The notes beneath the pieces were generated by a model. The model saw nothing but the letters and a program-made list of their open reading frames with translations. It was not told the origin of the DNA and did not search any database. DNA of 47,565 nt, the filler included, from Catajapyx aquilonaris (lineage: Eukaryota): the NCBI GenBank assembly GCA_000934665.2. It is 2 parts of 2 records of this genome, joined end to end, with 100 filler letters (N's around TTAATTAATTAA, not from the genome) between each part and the next. Parts side by side here need not be neighbours in the genome. Positions count along the whole stretch, not along the records: positions 23,823 to 47,565 come from JYFJ02005634.1; 1 more part is not named here. One strand, written 5' to 3'. A program made the position numbers and the translations under genes. Positions 46,766-47,565 of this stretch are shown here, one piece after another; position 1 is the stretch's first letter, and every line of letters begins with the position of its first letter.

Positions 46766-47565
46766 TGGTGATTTTAAAGTGGAAAAAGTGTACAAAAGTA
46801 CATTGCAAATGCTTTTTGCACAATATCATAATGATAGGACAAAACTGACGAGGTTCACTTTTCATCTGATATTACAAGGAACAACTGAAGGGGTCGGTGA
46901 GAGATAATCCTAAGCCACACAAAGTTGTTTTTGAGAAAAACGCATTTGAAACTTTGATCAAATCTATAAATCAGAATCCTTTAAATGTATGACTTTTTTG
47001 AGTGCCAATTACATGTTGATGTCGTTTTTTACTCGTATGATGTTTCAAAAGTTGCTAACTTTATGATTTCGCATTGTAATGATTTCTTTTTTGGAGCTAT
47101 GTTTCACTAAATGTGGCTTACGACTATATCAACCTGTATTTTGAAGTAAAAGTAAAGGAGCATTGGTTTTCAGCATTATTATTTTTTAATGAAAAATATA
47201 TCATCTTATATGGGGAAAGTGTTTTTATTATGATTAAAGCAACCAAATATGTATGCAACAGAGCAACAAAATATGCAACAAAGCATTTCCGTATCACTGT
47301 GCTGAAATAAGAATATTAATTTTCCTCAAATCGTCCGTCTTCGCTTTCCTCCTCCCATTCGACGTCTTCGACATTCTTTTCTTCCCCAGTGGATGGTAGC
47401 GAGGATAACGATAAAAAGAAATTCTGAATTGCACTTGGAATGTATTTCATCAAAGCTTGTATGTCATATAGCTTCGGCCCTTTTCCATGATGATTGGTTT
47501 ATCTTGCGTTTTCGTGACTTTGTTGGTTTAGCAGGTGATGGCTCATTGCATCTGACAACAACATT

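Overview
Eukaryotic, intron-containing and very repeat-rich animal DNA, probably arthropod (inferred from the gene set and TE families). Three genuine protein-coding genes are visible. (1) MFSD8/CLN7 on +, with 7 spliced coding exons from 14008 to 22103 (485 codons, phases consistent); its 3' terminal exon is not found in the window. (2) The last exon of DNA polymerase kappa on + (23942-24570). (3) A two-coding-exon ZNF839-like gene on - (37064-35115 and 32203-31823) with a CpG-rich promoter and a short uORF. MFSD8 and POLK are separated by an artificial 100-bp spacer (N44-TTAATTAATTAA-N44), so their adjacency may not be biological. Much of the remainder is SINEs and DNA-transposon derivatives (pogo, mariner/DD41D, piggyBac, hAT, Harbinger, Sola-like, P-like foldback, Helitron-like), often nested 3-4 deep with readable TSDs. 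No prokaryotic system, CRISPR array, rRNA or intact tRNA was found. The best leads are a long-TIR DD41D element whose TIR contains an antisense copy of its own transposase 3' end, a 1.6-kb foldback element, SINE head/tail module swapping, and a short repeat-spacer array carrying CTCF-like motifs.
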